This document shows, in pieces, positions 21,094 to 30,539 of a stretch of 64,000 nucleotides of DNA (positions within the stretch are counted from its first letter, which is position 1; the number at the start of each line of letters is the position of its first letter). Location of the stretch: positions 51,769-115,768 of the forward strand of contig NZ_CANKUD010000007.1 in the NCBI RefSeq assembly GCF_947486615.1, read 5' to 3'. The notes under the pieces were generated by a model. That model was not told the origin of the DNA, ran no database searches, and saw nothing but the letters and a program-made list of their open reading frames with translations. The position numbers and the translations under genes were made by a program. Source of the stretch: an uncultured Modestobacter sp. (lineage in GTDB: Bacteria; Actinomycetota; Actinomycetes; Mycobacteriales; Geodermatophilaceae).

Positions 21094-23610
21094 ATGGCAG
21101 GTCGTCGGGACGACAGCGGTCCCGGTCGAGGACCCCTCCCACCGGTCCCGCAGCGCCCGGGTGCCGCACGGCCCACCCCTCGTCCCGTCGCCGAGCCCTT
21201 CCAGGCCGAGCCCCTCCAGGCCGACCGCCCGGCCGTGGGCCGAGCCGTCGTCGGCCGCCCTGCTGTGGGCCGCCCTGTCGTGGACCGCCCTGCCGTGGAC
21301 CGGCCGCTGCCCGAGCTGCCGGAGCCCGGCGACGACCTGGTGAGCCCGTCGGGCCGGCGCGGCTGGCTGGCTGCCGGCCTGGTCCTGGCCGGCGGCGCGA
21401 CCGTCGCGGTCTTCTTCACCGACGACCCCCTGTACCTGCGGGTCGCCCTGCTCGCGGTCTGCTGGGCCTTCGTCATCGCCGCCTTCCTGGCCAGCAGCCG
21501 TCGCGGCGACCAGGCGGCCGCCGCGGCCCGCGAGGCGGAGCTCCGCCACGCCTACGAGCTGGAGCTGGAGCGCGAGGTCGCCGCCCGGCACGAGCACCAG
21601 CTCGAGCTGGAGAGCCGGCTGCGGCAGGAGGCCGAGCAGGGGATGCGTGGCGAGCTGACCCGGCTGCGCAGCGAGCTCGCCGGGCTCTCCCGCCTGGAGC
21701 AGGACCTCGCCGCGGTGACCGAACTGCGCACCGAGCTGCGGGCGCTCACCGAGATCCGTGGCGAGCTGGCCGAGCTCGGCCAGGTGCGCGCCGAGCTCGC
21801 CGGGCTGGCGGAGCTGCGCGCCGACCTGGGCCGGATGCGCAGCGAGCTGACCGAGCAGCTGTCCGGCGAGCTGCTGGTCGAGCGCATGGTCATGCGCGCC
21901 CAGTCGGTCCGCGGGCCGGCTCACCCCTCCCCGGAGGCCGGCAGCCCGCGGTCGCTGGACGTCTCGCCCTGGGAGTCACCGGCGGTCGGCTGGGACGTCG
22001 ACTCCTGGGAGTCCACCCGGGTCGACCTCGCCGCCGTGACGCCCGCTCCCGCCGACCCCGCGCCGCGGGTGATCGCGGTGCCCCAGCCGCCGGTGCCCCC
22101 GGCCGCTGCGCCGCGCCGGGCGGCCGAGCCGCCGCCCTCCCCGTTGGCGTGGCTGGTCGAGGAGTCGGTGCTGGAGCCCTGGGTCGAGCCCAGCCCCAAG
22201 TCACCGCTGGAGTGGCTGGGCGACAGGTCCCTGATCGACGACGACCGTCGGGACGATGCACGCGGGGACGATGCACGCGGGGACGACGCACGCCGGGACG
22301 AGATGCTGCCCGACGCGGCGGTGCTGCGCGAGGTCGGCCGCTCGATGGGCGGCCTCCCGGCTGTCCCGCCGCCCGCACCGCCCCGCGAGCCCGTGCTGTC
22401 CCGCGAGCCGGCACCGGTGGTCTCGGTCGACCCGCCGCGGCGCCGGCACCGCCGGGCCGCCGAACCGGAGGACGAGGGCACGGCCCGCCCCGTAGGGCCC
22501 CGGCGCAGCCACGCCGCGGCCGAGCAGACCCCGGGCGCCGCGGCCGATCGGCCGGCCTGGGCGACCTGGACGCCGACGGCGAGCGACGCCGAGACACCCG
22601 CCGAGACACCCGCCGAGACGCCCTGGTGGGAGTCGAGCCCGCTAGCGCAGGAGTCGGTCGCCCCGGCGGCTGCGACCGGTTCGGCGGCGGTCGGGTCCAC
22701 GGGGGAGACGCCCGCGCCGTGGGAGTCGCGGTCCTGGGACCAGTCGTCCTGGGAGCAGGCACCGGGGTCGGTCGACGAGACGCCGTCGTGGGGGTCGCGG
22801 TCGGTGGAGCTGCCGTCGTCCGACGGGTGGGCGACCGACCGGGTCCCCGGGGCGTCGCACGCCGCCCCCGCCAGCGGGACGCCCGCGTGGGAGACGCCCT
22901 CGTGGGGAGCGCCCTCGTGGGGGACGACTCCGGCTGACGTGTCCCACGGGGCGTCGTCGTGGGACTCGCCCTCTTCCGAGGGGTCCCGGCAGGGCACGTC
23001 GTCCTGGGAGTCCTCGTCCACCGGGGCGTCGTCGTGGGACCCCTCGTACGGGTCCGTCACCGACGAGGAACCGTCCTGGACCGCGTCGTCGTGGGGCGCG
23101 CCGTCGTCCGAGCAGCCCTCGTCCGAGCAGCCCTCGTCCGAGCAGCCCTCGTCCGAGGTGTCCTCGTACGGGGAGTCGTCGTACGCGGAGTCGTCCGGGG
23201 AGTCGTCGTGGGGGTCCCCGTCGTCCGGGGCCCCGTCCCACGACACCCCGGCGCACTCGACTCCGTCGTGGGGGACGCCGTCCGACGACGAACCGTCCTG
23301 GCGGCGGGTGTCCCACGGTGCGGGCACCGAGCCGGCGCCCTCGACGGGGGCGTCGTCCTGGTCCGACAGCCCGGCAGAGGCGTGGTCGGCACCGTCGTGG
23401 TCCGGATCCGCCGAGGGCCCGACGGCCACGCCGGACCCGGCACCGCCGGTGGCGGAGCCCGGAGCGCAGGGCCACGCGCGGCTGGAGCAGATCCTGGCCG
23501 AGAGCGGGGTCGAGGCGCCCAGCGGTGCGCGGTCCCGGCGGCGCCGCTACCGCGAGGAGGGCGAGGACGCCGCCGACGACGTCCTCGCCCGGGTGCTCGG
23601 CCAGCGGTAG
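21094..23610 (+). CDS. DUF6779-type membrane protein with coiled coil and long Ser/Pro/Trp-rich disordered C-terminus
   Basis: Two TM helices, ELELEREVAAR coil, decad repeats, xSW repeats; position upstream of the pan cluster as in mycobacterial Rv3604c-like genes; TAAGGT 7 nt before ATG. Confidence 0.75.
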   Translation: MAGRRDDSGPGRGPLPPVPQRPGAARPTPRPVAEPFQAEPLQADRPAVGRAVVGRPAVGRPVVDRPAVDRPLPELPEPGDDLVSPSGRRGWLAAGLVLAGGATVAVFFTDDPLYLRVALLAVCWAFVIAAFLASSRRGDQAAAAAREAELRHAYELELEREVAARHEHQLELESRLRQEAEQGMRGELTRLRSELAGLSRLEQDLAAVTELRTELRALTEIRGELAELGQVRAELAGLAELRADLGRMRSELTEQLSGELLVERMVMRAQSVRGPAHPSPEAGSPRSLDVSPWESPAVGWDVDSWESTRVDLAAVTPAPADPAPRVIAVPQPPVPPAAAPRRAAEPPPSPLAWLVEESVLEPWVEPSPKSPLEWLGDRSLIDDDRRDDARGDDARGDDARRDEMLPDAAVLREVGRSMGGLPAVPPPAPPREPVLSREPAPVVSVDPPRRRHRRAAEPEDEGTARPVGPRRSHAAAEQTPGAAADRPAWATWTPTASDAETPAETPAETPWWESSPLAQESVAPAAATGSAAVGSTGETPAPWESRSWDQSSWEQAPGSVDETPSWGSRSVELPSSDGWATDRVPGASHAAPASGTPAWETPSWGAPSWGTTPADVSHGASSWDSPSSEGSRQGTSSWESSSTGASSWDPSYGSVTDEEPSWTASSWGAPSSEQPSSEQPSSEQPSSEVSSYGESSYAESSGESSWGSPSSGAPSHDTPAHSTPSWGTPSDDEPSWRRVSHGAGTEPAPSTGASSWSDSPAEAWSAPSWSGSAEGPTATPDPAPPVAEPGAQGHARLEQILAESGVEAPSGARSRRRRYREEGEDAADDVLARVLGQR
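23104..23157 (+). repeat. 15 bp tandem repeat (tcgtccgagcagccc) x3, encoding SSEQP
   Basis: Direct reading; further short VNTRs at ~22253-22297 (DDARG x3) and ~22591-22620 (ETPA). Confidence 0.85.
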
Positions 23611-23644
23611 CCGGCTCTCACCATCCCAGCCCTCGGCCCCCGGC

Positions 23645-23704
23645 GGCCCCCTTGCAGGGCCCCGCCGCGAGCTCGCGAGTGGTGGGGGGCAAGGGGGTCC
23701 TTCT
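23645..23704 (-). repeat. Dispersed palindromic element, copy B
   Basis: ggcccccttgc/gcaagggggtcc stem, inner cgcgagctcgcg palindrome; abuts the SDR TGA. Confidence 0.85.
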
Positions 23705-24457
23705 TCAGATCGGGCCGCGGGAGAGCGCGCCGCCGTCGAGCACCAGCGTCTGACCGGTGACCCAGCCCGCCTGGTCGCTGAGCAGGTAGGCGGCCGCCTC
23801 GCCGATGTCCTCGGGCACGCCGAGCCGGCCGACCGGGTACTGGCCGCCCAGCTCGTCCTCGCGGCCGGTGAACAGCGCCTCGGCGAACCGGGTCTTCACC
23901 ACGGCCGGGGCGACGGCGTTGACCCGCACCTTCGGGCCCAGCTCCACGGCCAGCTGCGTGGTCAGGTTGATCAGCGCGGCCTTGCTGACCCCGTAGGCGG
24001 CGATGCCCTCGCTGGACTTGAGCCCGGCCACCGACGCCACGATCAGCACCGAGCCGCCGTGCTCGGACATCCACGCCTTCCAGGCCTCCTGCACCAGGCC
24101 GAGGCTGGAGACGACGTTGGTGTCCAGGATCTTGCGGAAGGCCTCCAGCGGGGCGTCCATCAGCGGCCCGAAGACCGGGTTGATGCCGACGTTGCCGACC
24201 AGCACGTCCAGGCTGCCGAAGGTGTCGATCGCGGTGCGGACGGCCTCCGCCCGGTGCTCGGCGTCCCCGGCGTTGCCCGCGACGGCGACCGCTTTCTCCG
24301 GGCCGCCGAGGGTCTCCACCGCCTCGGCGAGCGCCTCGGGCTTGCGGGCGGTGATCACCACCCGGGCGCCGCGGTCGACCAGTGCCTGGGCGATGCCGAG
24401 ACCGATGCCCCGGCTCGCACCGGTCACCAGTGCGGTGCGTCCCTCGAAGCTGCTCAC
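23705..24457 (-). CDS. Short-chain dehydrogenase/reductase
   Basis: TGASRGIG, YxxxK (YGVSK), NAVAPAVVKT, GQTLVLDGG. Confidence 0.92.
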   Translation of the reverse strand: MSSFEGRTALVTGASRGIGLGIAQALVDRGARVVITARKPEALAEAVETLGGPEKAVAVAGNAGDAEHRAEAVRTAIDTFGSLDVLVGNVGINPVFGPLMDAPLEAFRKILDTNVVSSLGLVQEAWKAWMSEHGGSVLIVASVAGLKSSEGIAAYGVSKAALINLTTQLAVELGPKVRVNAVAPAVVKTRFAEALFTGREDELGGQYPVGRLGVPEDIGEAAAYLLSDQAGWVTGQTLVLDGGALSRGPI

Positions 24458-24769
24458 CGTGCTCCTCCTGCTGGTCCGAGCCGGCTCCGCTGCCGGCGCC
24501 GGCTCAACGTAACGGGCCGTGCGGCCGGGCGTCCGGGCGCCCGGGTGAGTCAGGACACACCCCGGCAGCGTTGCCGGGGGCACCGGGGAGGCACAGACTC
24601 GCCTCCGGCGGCAACCTCCGCGTGGCACACCTCCCGGTGGCCGCAGCGGACCGAACCGCCGGCTCTCCAGCGCCACCGCACCACCAGCTCCACCCCGGTC
24701 CACGACGACGTGGGCCGACGCGATCCGAGTCCGGTACCCGCCAGGGACTGGAACGAGAGGTGCACCGGG

Positions 24770-25735
24770 ATGTCGAACCGTCCCCCGCGCGCGGCCGACC
24801 GCACGCGCCCAGCCGTCCTGCCCGCCGCCGGGCTGCTCCCCGCCGCGGCTGCCCCCGCCCGCCTCCGGGTGGGCGTCGTCGGCGCCGGCCGGGTCGGCGC
24901 CGTGCTCGGCGCCGCGCTCGCCGCCGCGGGCCACGACGTGGTCGCCGCCGCCGGCCTGTCCACCGACTCGCAGCGGCGCGCCGCCCGGCTGCTGCCCGGC
25001 GTCCCCCTGCGCCCCGCCGACGAGGTGGTCGCCACCAGCGACCTGGTCGTGCTCGCCGTCCCCGACGACACGTTGTCCGGGCTGGTCACCGGGCTGGCCG
25101 AGACCGGCGCGTGGCGCCGCGGCCAGCTGCTCTTCCACACCTCGGGCGCGCACGGCCTCGCCGTCCTGGCGCCGGCCGAGCGCGCCGGCGTCCTCTCCCT
25201 CGCGCTGCACCCGGTGATGACCTTCTCCGGCGGGCCCGAGGACCTCGACCGGCTGGTGGCCGCACCCTTCGGCGTGACCAGCCGGCCGGAGCACCGGGCC
25301 GTCGCCGAGACCCTCGTGCTGGAGATGGGCGGCGAGCCGGTCTGGGTCGCCGAGGGCGACCGCGGGCTCTGGCACGTGGCCCTGGTCACCGGCGCCAACC
25401 ACCTGGTCACCCTGGTCGCCGAGGCCGCCGACCTGCTGCGCACCGCCGGAGTCGACGACCCGGCCCGGGTGCTCACCCCGCTGCTGACCGCCGCGCTGGA
25501 GGGCGGTCTGCGCCGCGGTGACCAGGCGCTCACCGGCCCGGTCAGCCGGGGGGACGTCGGCACGGTCGCCGCCCACCTGCAGACGCTCACCGAGCGGGCG
25601 CCGTCCTCGGTCGACGCCTACGTGGCCATGGCCCGGCGGACCACCGAGCGGGCGCTGGCGTCGGGCCGGCTCCGCCGGCACGAGGGGACGCCGCTGCTGG
25701 ACCTGCTCGACTCGGCCGAGGAGGCCGCGCGATGA
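24770..25735 (+). CDS. Rossmann-like/DUF2520 oxidoreductase (putative PanG-type ketopantoate reductase)
   Basis: [36 protein letters not shown]; translationally coupled to panC. Confidence 0.85.
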   Translation: MSNRPPRAADRTRPAVLPAAGLLPAAAAPARLRVGVVGAGRVGAVLGAALAAAGHDVVAAAGLSTDSQRRAARLLPGVPLRPADEVVATSDLVVLAVPDDTLSGLVTGLAETGAWRRGQLLFHTSGAHGLAVLAPAERAGVLSLALHPVMTFSGGPEDLDRLVAAPFGVTSRPEHRAVAETLVLEMGGEPVWVAEGDRGLWHVALVTGANHLVTLVAEAADLLRTAGVDDPARVLTPLLTAALEGGLRRGDQALTGPVSRGDVGTVAAHLQTLTERAPSSVDAYVAMARRTTERALASGRLRRHEGTPLLDLLDSAEEAAR

Positions 25736-26586
25736 CCGTCACGACCCGCCCGGCGGTCGCCGAGACCACCGCCGAGCTGCAGGCCCGCCGCGCGGAGCTG
25801 CCCGGCCCGGTGGTGCTCGTGCCGACCATGGGCGCGCTGCACGAGGGGCACCGCACGCTGGTGCGCGCCGCCCGGGAACGCGGCGGCAGCGTGGTCGTCT
25901 CGGTGTTCGTCAACCCCACCCAGTTCGGGCCGGGGGAGGACTTCGACCGCTACCCCCGCACCTGGGACGCCGACCTCGCCGCGCTGGCCGAGGAGGGCGC
26001 CGACCTGGTCTTCCACCCGCCGGTCGACGAGGTCTACCCGCCCGGGCCGCTGGGCGTGACCGTGCAGCCCGGCCCGCTGGGCGACGTCCTCGAGGGCGCC
26101 GTCCGGCCCGGCCACTTCGCCGGCGTGCTCACCGTGGTGGCGAAGCTGTTCGGGCTGGTCCGCCCCGACGTCGCGGTGTTCGGCGAGAAGGACTACCAGC
26201 AGCTCACGCTGATCCGGGCGATGGCCCGCGAGCTGGCGCTGGGCACCGAGGTCGTCGGGGTGCCCACGGTCCGCGAGGACGACGGCATGGCGCTGAGCTC
26301 CCGCAACCGCTACCTCTCCCCGGAACAGCGCAGCACCGCGGCGGCGTTGTCCAGGGCACTCCGGGCCGGTGCCGCCGCCGGGCCGGACGGTGCCGGCGCC
26401 GTCCTCGCCGCCGCCCGGGAGGTGCTGGCCGCCGCGCCCGGTCTGCTTCAGGACTACCTGGAACTGACCGATCCAGACCTGGGACCGGCACCCGCCACCG
26501 GCCCCGCTCGACTGCTGGTCGCCGCCCGCGCCGGCAGCACCCGACTGATCGACAACACGGCCGTAGAACTGGGGAGTCCCCGATGA
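25732..26586 (+). CDS. panC: Pantoate--beta-alanine ligase
   Basis: [38 protein letters not shown]. Confidence 0.97.
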   Translation: MTVTTRPAVAETTAELQARRAELPGPVVLVPTMGALHEGHRTLVRAARERGGSVVVSVFVNPTQFGPGEDFDRYPRTWDADLAALAEEGADLVFHPPVDEVYPPGPLGVTVQPGPLGDVLEGAVRPGHFAGVLTVVAKLFGLVRPDVAVFGEKDYQQLTLIRAMARELALGTEVVGVPTVREDDGMALSSRNRYLSPEQRSTAAALSRALRAGAAAGPDGAGAVLAAAREVLAAAPGLLQDYLELTDPDLGPAPATGPARLLVAARAGSTRLIDNTAVELGSPR

Positions 26587-27089
26587 TGCGCACCATGCTC
26601 AAGAGCAAGATCCACCGCGCCACGGTGACCCAGGCCGACCTGCACTACGTCGGGTCGGTCACCGTCGACGAGGACCTGATGGACGCCGCCGACCTGCTGG
26701 TCGGCGAGCAGGTGGCGATCGTCGACGTGACCAACGGCGCCCGGCTGGAGACCTACGTGATCCCCGGGGAGCGGGGGACCGGCGTGCTCGGCATCAACGG
26801 CGCCGCGGCGCACCTGGTGCACCCCGGTGACCTGGTGATCCTGATCAGCTACGGCCTGATGGACGAGACCGAGGCGAAGTCGTACCTCCCGAAGGTCGTG
26901 CACGTGGACGGCGACAACCGCGTCGTCGAGCTGGGCGCCGACCCCTCCGCCCCGGTGCCCGGGGCCGAGGACCACGAACGGAGCCCGCTGGCGGTCGAGC
27001 GTCCTCGGCCCCGTCCCGGGTTCCCTCGCGAGCCTGCGAGCGGAGGGCAGGACGGGGTCCTTCCACCGCTCGGCGTCCCGATCCGGTGA
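26583..27089 (+). CDS. panD: Aspartate 1-decarboxylase with C-terminal extension containing a repeat element
   Basis: [16 protein letters not shown] autocleavage site, [14 protein letters not shown]. Confidence 0.96.
   Translation: MMRTMLKSKIHRATVTQADLHYVGSVTVDEDLMDAADLLVGEQVAIVDVTNGARLETYVIPGERGTGVLGINGAAAHLVHPGDLVILISYGLMDETEAKSYLPKVVHVDGDNRVVELGADPSAPVPGAEDHERSPLAVERPRPRPGFPREPASGGQDGVLPPLGVPIR
27006..27062 (-). repeat. Dispersed palindromic element, copy E, inside the panD coding frame
   Basis: ggccccgtcc/ggacggggtcc stem as in copy D; inner cgcgagcctgcgag identical to the reverse complement of copy A; ends gtcctt. Confidence 0.85.
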
Positions 27090-28753
27090 CCCCCGCCGCG
27101 GAGCCGGTGACCGGCCTGCCCCTGCGGCTGCGCGCCCCGGTCCCGGGCTGGGAGCTGACCGCGGACGTCTGCGTGGTGGGGTCCGGGGTCGCCGGGCTCT
27201 GCGTGGCGCTGCACGCCCGCGCCGCCGGGCTGTCGGTCGCCGTCGTCACCAAGGTCGAGGTGGACGACGGCTCCACCCGCTGGGCGCAGGGCGGGATCGC
27301 CGCCGTCCTCGACCCGGCCGACACCCCGGCCGCCCACGCCCAGGACACCGAGGTGGCCGGGGTCGGGCTGTGCGACCCGGCCGCGGTCCAGGCGCTGGTC
27401 ACCGAGGGGCCGGAGCGGCTGCACCAGCTGATCAGCTGGGGCGCCGCCTTCGACCGCGACCCGACCGGCCGGCTGCTGCTGACCCGGGAGGGCGGGCACT
27501 CCACCGACCGGATCGTGCACGCCGGCGGCGACGCCACCGGCGCCGAGGTGCAGCGCGCGCTGCGCGACGCGGTGGCCGCCGACCCCGGGGTGACGCTGGT
27601 CGAGCACGCGATGGTGCTCGACCTGGTGCGGGACGCCGCCGGGCGGGCCGCCGGGGTGACCCTGCACGTGCTGGGCGAGGGCAGCGCGGACGGCGTGGGT
27701 GCGGTGCGCTCCCGGGCGGTGGTGCTGGCCACCGGTGGCATGGGGCAGGTCTACGCCGCGACCACCAACCCGGGCGTCTCCACCGGCGACGGGGTGGCCC
27801 TCGGTCTGCGCGCCGGGGCGGTCGCCACCGACCTGGAGTTCGTGCAGTTCCACCCCACGTCGCTCTACCTGGGCCCGGACGCCCGCGGGCAGCAGCCGCT
27901 GGTCAGCGAGGCGCTGCGCGGGGAGGGCGCCCTGCTGCGGGACGGCGCCGGTGAGCGGTTCATGCCCGGGGTGCACCCGCTGGCCGAGCTGGCGCCGCGC
28001 GACGTGGTGGCCAAGGCGATCACCCGGGTGCAGCTGCGCGACGGCGTCGACCACGTCTGGCTGGACGCCCGCGCGGTCCCCGGCCTCGCCGACCGCTTCC
28101 CGACCATCGTGGCCCGCTGCCGGGCGGCCGGCATCGACCCGGTCACCGACCTGGTGCCGGTCACCCCCGCCGCGCACTACGCCTCCGGGGGGCTGGCCAC
28201 CGACCTGACCGGCCGCACCACCGTCCCGGGGCTCTACGCCTGCGGCGAGGTCGCCTGCACCGGTGTGCACGGGGCCAACCGGCTGGCGTCGAACTCGCTG
28301 CTGGAGGGCCTGGTCTTCGCCGGTCGGATCGGTGCGGCGCTGGCCCGGGAGCTGCCGGTGCCCGCCCCGGACGCCCCGGCCGACGACCGGCCCGAGGGCC
28401 TGGTCGACGTCGCCGCCCGCGGCCCGCTGACCGCGACCATGTCCGCCCGGGTCGCCGCGCTGCGCAGCGGCGCGGGGCTCGCCGAGGCGGCCGGCCGGCT
28501 GGCGGCGCTGGCCGAGCGGACCACCGCCGTCCCGGGGGTGCCCGGCTGGGAGACCACCGACCTGCTCACCGTGGCCACCGCGATCACCGCCGCGGCCGCG
28601 GCCCGGCAGGAGACCCGCGGCTGCCACTGGCGGGAGGACCACCCCGACGCCACCGACGACTGGCGGGTGCACCTGGACGTCCGGCTGGACGCCGACGGCG
28701 TGGTGCAGCTGACCCGCCGTCCGGTCGGCACCCCCGTGGCGGTGGACTGGTGA
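27086..28753 (+). CDS. nadB: L-aspartate oxidase
   Basis: [51 protein letters not shown]. Confidence 0.95.
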   Translation: MTPAAEPVTGLPLRLRAPVPGWELTADVCVVGSGVAGLCVALHARAAGLSVAVVTKVEVDDGSTRWAQGGIAAVLDPADTPAAHAQDTEVAGVGLCDPAAVQALVTEGPERLHQLISWGAAFDRDPTGRLLLTREGGHSTDRIVHAGGDATGAEVQRALRDAVAADPGVTLVEHAMVLDLVRDAAGRAAGVTLHVLGEGSADGVGAVRSRAVVLATGGMGQVYAATTNPGVSTGDGVALGLRAGAVATDLEFVQFHPTSLYLGPDARGQQPLVSEALRGEGALLRDGAGERFMPGVHPLAELAPRDVVAKAITRVQLRDGVDHVWLDARAVPGLADRFPTIVARCRAAGIDPVTDLVPVTPAAHYASGGLATDLTGRTTVPGLYACGEVACTGVHGANRLASNSLLEGLVFAGRIGAALARELPVPAPDAPADDRPEGLVDVAARGPLTATMSARVAALRSGAGLAEAAGRLAALAERTTAVPGVPGWETTDLLTVATAITAAAAARQETRGCHWREDHPDATDDWRVHLDVRLDADGVVQLTRRPVGTPVAVDW

Positions 28754-29703
28754 GCGAGCATGACCCGGTGACCACACCGGCGACCCGCGCGCTGCCCTCC
28801 GACCCCACCGACCTGACCGGCACCGGGCTGGACGCCGGCTGGGTCGGCGAGCTGGTCGAACGGACCCTCACCGAGGACCTCACCGGCGGCGCCCCGCTGC
28901 CCAGCGCCCCCGACGTCGCCGTCGGCTACGACGTGACCAGCGCCGCCACCGTGCCCGGCACCCGGTTCGGCACCGCGGACCTGGTCGCTCGCGCCGACGG
29001 CGTCGTCGCCGGGCTCCCGGTGGCCGCCCGGGTGTTCACCCGGCTGGCCCCCGGCGCGACCCTCACCGCCGGCGCAGCGGACGGCGACCGGGTGCGCCGC
29101 GGCGACGTGCTGCTCACCGTGCGCGGTCCGGTGCGCGCGTTGCTGGCGGCCGAGCGCAGCGCGCTGAACATCGCCAGCCGGGCCAGCGGCATCGCCACCG
29201 CCACCCGGGCCTGGGTCGACGCGGTGGCCGGCACCGGCGCCGTCGTCCTGGACACCCGCAAGACCACGCCGGGGCTGCGGCCACTGGAGAAGTACGCGGT
29301 GCGTTGCGGCGGCGGGTCGAACAAGCGGATGGGCCTCTACGACGTGGCGATGGTCAAGGACAACCACGTCGCCGCGGCCGGCTCGGTGGCCGCGGCCGTG
29401 GCGCTGGTCCGCGAGCGCGCACCCCGGGTCACCGTGCAGGTCGAGTGCGACACCCTGGACCAGGTCGGCGAGGCGATCGACGCGGGCGCGGACTTCCTGC
29501 TGCTGGACAACATGACCCCCGACCAGCTGCGGCAGGCCGTCGCGCTGGTGGGTGACCTGGACGTCGACCTGGAGGCCACCGGCGGGCTGACCCTCGACGT
29601 CGCGCGGGAGGTCGCCGACACCGGCATCGACTACCTCTCCGTCGGCGCGCTCACGCACTCCTCGCCGATCCTCGATCTGGCGCTCGACCTGCGGACGGAC
29701 TGA
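28750..29703 (+). CDS. nadC: Nicotinate-nucleotide pyrophosphorylase (quinolinate phosphoribosyltransferase)
   Basis: DTRKTTPGLR, KDNH, LLDNM, ATGGLT, SVGALTHS. Confidence 0.95.
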   Translation: MSEHDPVTTPATRALPSDPTDLTGTGLDAGWVGELVERTLTEDLTGGAPLPSAPDVAVGYDVTSAATVPGTRFGTADLVARADGVVAGLPVAARVFTRLAPGATLTAGAADGDRVRRGDVLLTVRGPVRALLAAERSALNIASRASGIATATRAWVDAVAGTGAVVLDTRKTTPGLRPLEKYAVRCGGGSNKRMGLYDVAMVKDNHVAAAGSVAAAVALVRERAPRVTVQVECDTLDQVGEAIDAGADFLLLDNMTPDQLRQAVALVGDLDVDLEATGGLTLDVAREVADTGIDYLSVGALTHSSPILDLALDLRTD

Positions 29704-29704
29704 C

Positions 29705-30529
29705 GTGCTGCTCACCGTGGACGTCGGCAACAGCCAGACGGTGCTGGCCACCTTCGACGGCGACCGCCGGGTCGACTGCTGGCGGGTGACCACCGCCCCG
29801 CACGCCACCGCCGACGAGCTGCACATGCTGTGGCGGGCGCTGCTGCGCGACACCGAGGTGACCGGCGTGGCCGCCTGCTCGACCGTCCCGGCCCTGCTGC
29901 CCGCGTTGCGCCAGCTGCTGGACCGGCTCGCCGTCCCGGTGACGCTGATCGGGCCGGGGGTGCGCACCGGCGTGCCGCTGCACGTGGACAACCCGCGCGA
30001 GGTGGGCGCCGACCGCGTGGTCACCGCGCTGGCCGCCCACGAGCTGTACGGGCGGCGCCCCGACGGCACCGGCCGGCCGGTCGTGGTCGTCGACTTCGGC
30101 ACCTCGACCAACGTGGACGCGGTCGGTCCGGACGGGCAGTTCCTGGGCGGTGCGCTGGCCCCCGGGGTGGAGGTGAGCCTGGAGGCGCTGGCCACCCGTG
30201 CCGCCCAGCTGCGGTCGGTGGAGCTCAGCGTGCCGCCGCAGGCGATCGGGAAGAACACCGTGGCCGCGCTGCAGTCCGGGCTGGTCCTGGGCTTCGCCGG
30301 CCTGGTGGACGGGCTGGTCGACCGGATCGCCGCCGAGCTGGTCGTCCAGTTCGGGGCGGCTCCGCTGGTGGTGGCCACCGGCGGGCTGCACCGGCTGATC
30401 GCGGACAGCTGTCGGTCGATCGGGGAGCGTGAGCCGGATCTCACCGTGCACGGCCTGCGGCTGGCCTTCGCCCGCCACCGGTCCTCCGGTGGGGCCAGCG
30501 GTGGCGGGGCGTCGTCCGGTCGCCCGTAG
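29705..30529 (+). CDS. coaX: Type III pantothenate kinase
   Basis: [29 protein letters not shown]. Confidence 0.94.
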   Translation: MLLTVDVGNSQTVLATFDGDRRVDCWRVTTAPHATADELHMLWRALLRDTEVTGVAACSTVPALLPALRQLLDRLAVPVTLIGPGVRTGVPLHVDNPREVGADRVVTALAAHELYGRRPDGTGRPVVVVDFGTSTNVDAVGPDGQFLGGALAPGVEVSLEALATRAAQLRSVELSVPPQAIGKNTVAALQSGLVLGFAGLVDGLVDRIAAELVVQFGAAPLVVATGGLHRLIADSCRSIGEREPDLTVHGLRLAFARHRSSGGASGGGASSGRP

Positions 30530-30539
30530 GCTCGCCCCC

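Noticed and set aside
21921-23429. 502 aa Asp/Gly-rich antisense ORF opposite the Ser/Trp domain
   Set aside because: Mirror of TCG/TCC-rich Ser codons; the plus frame is continuous with a recognisable membrane protein
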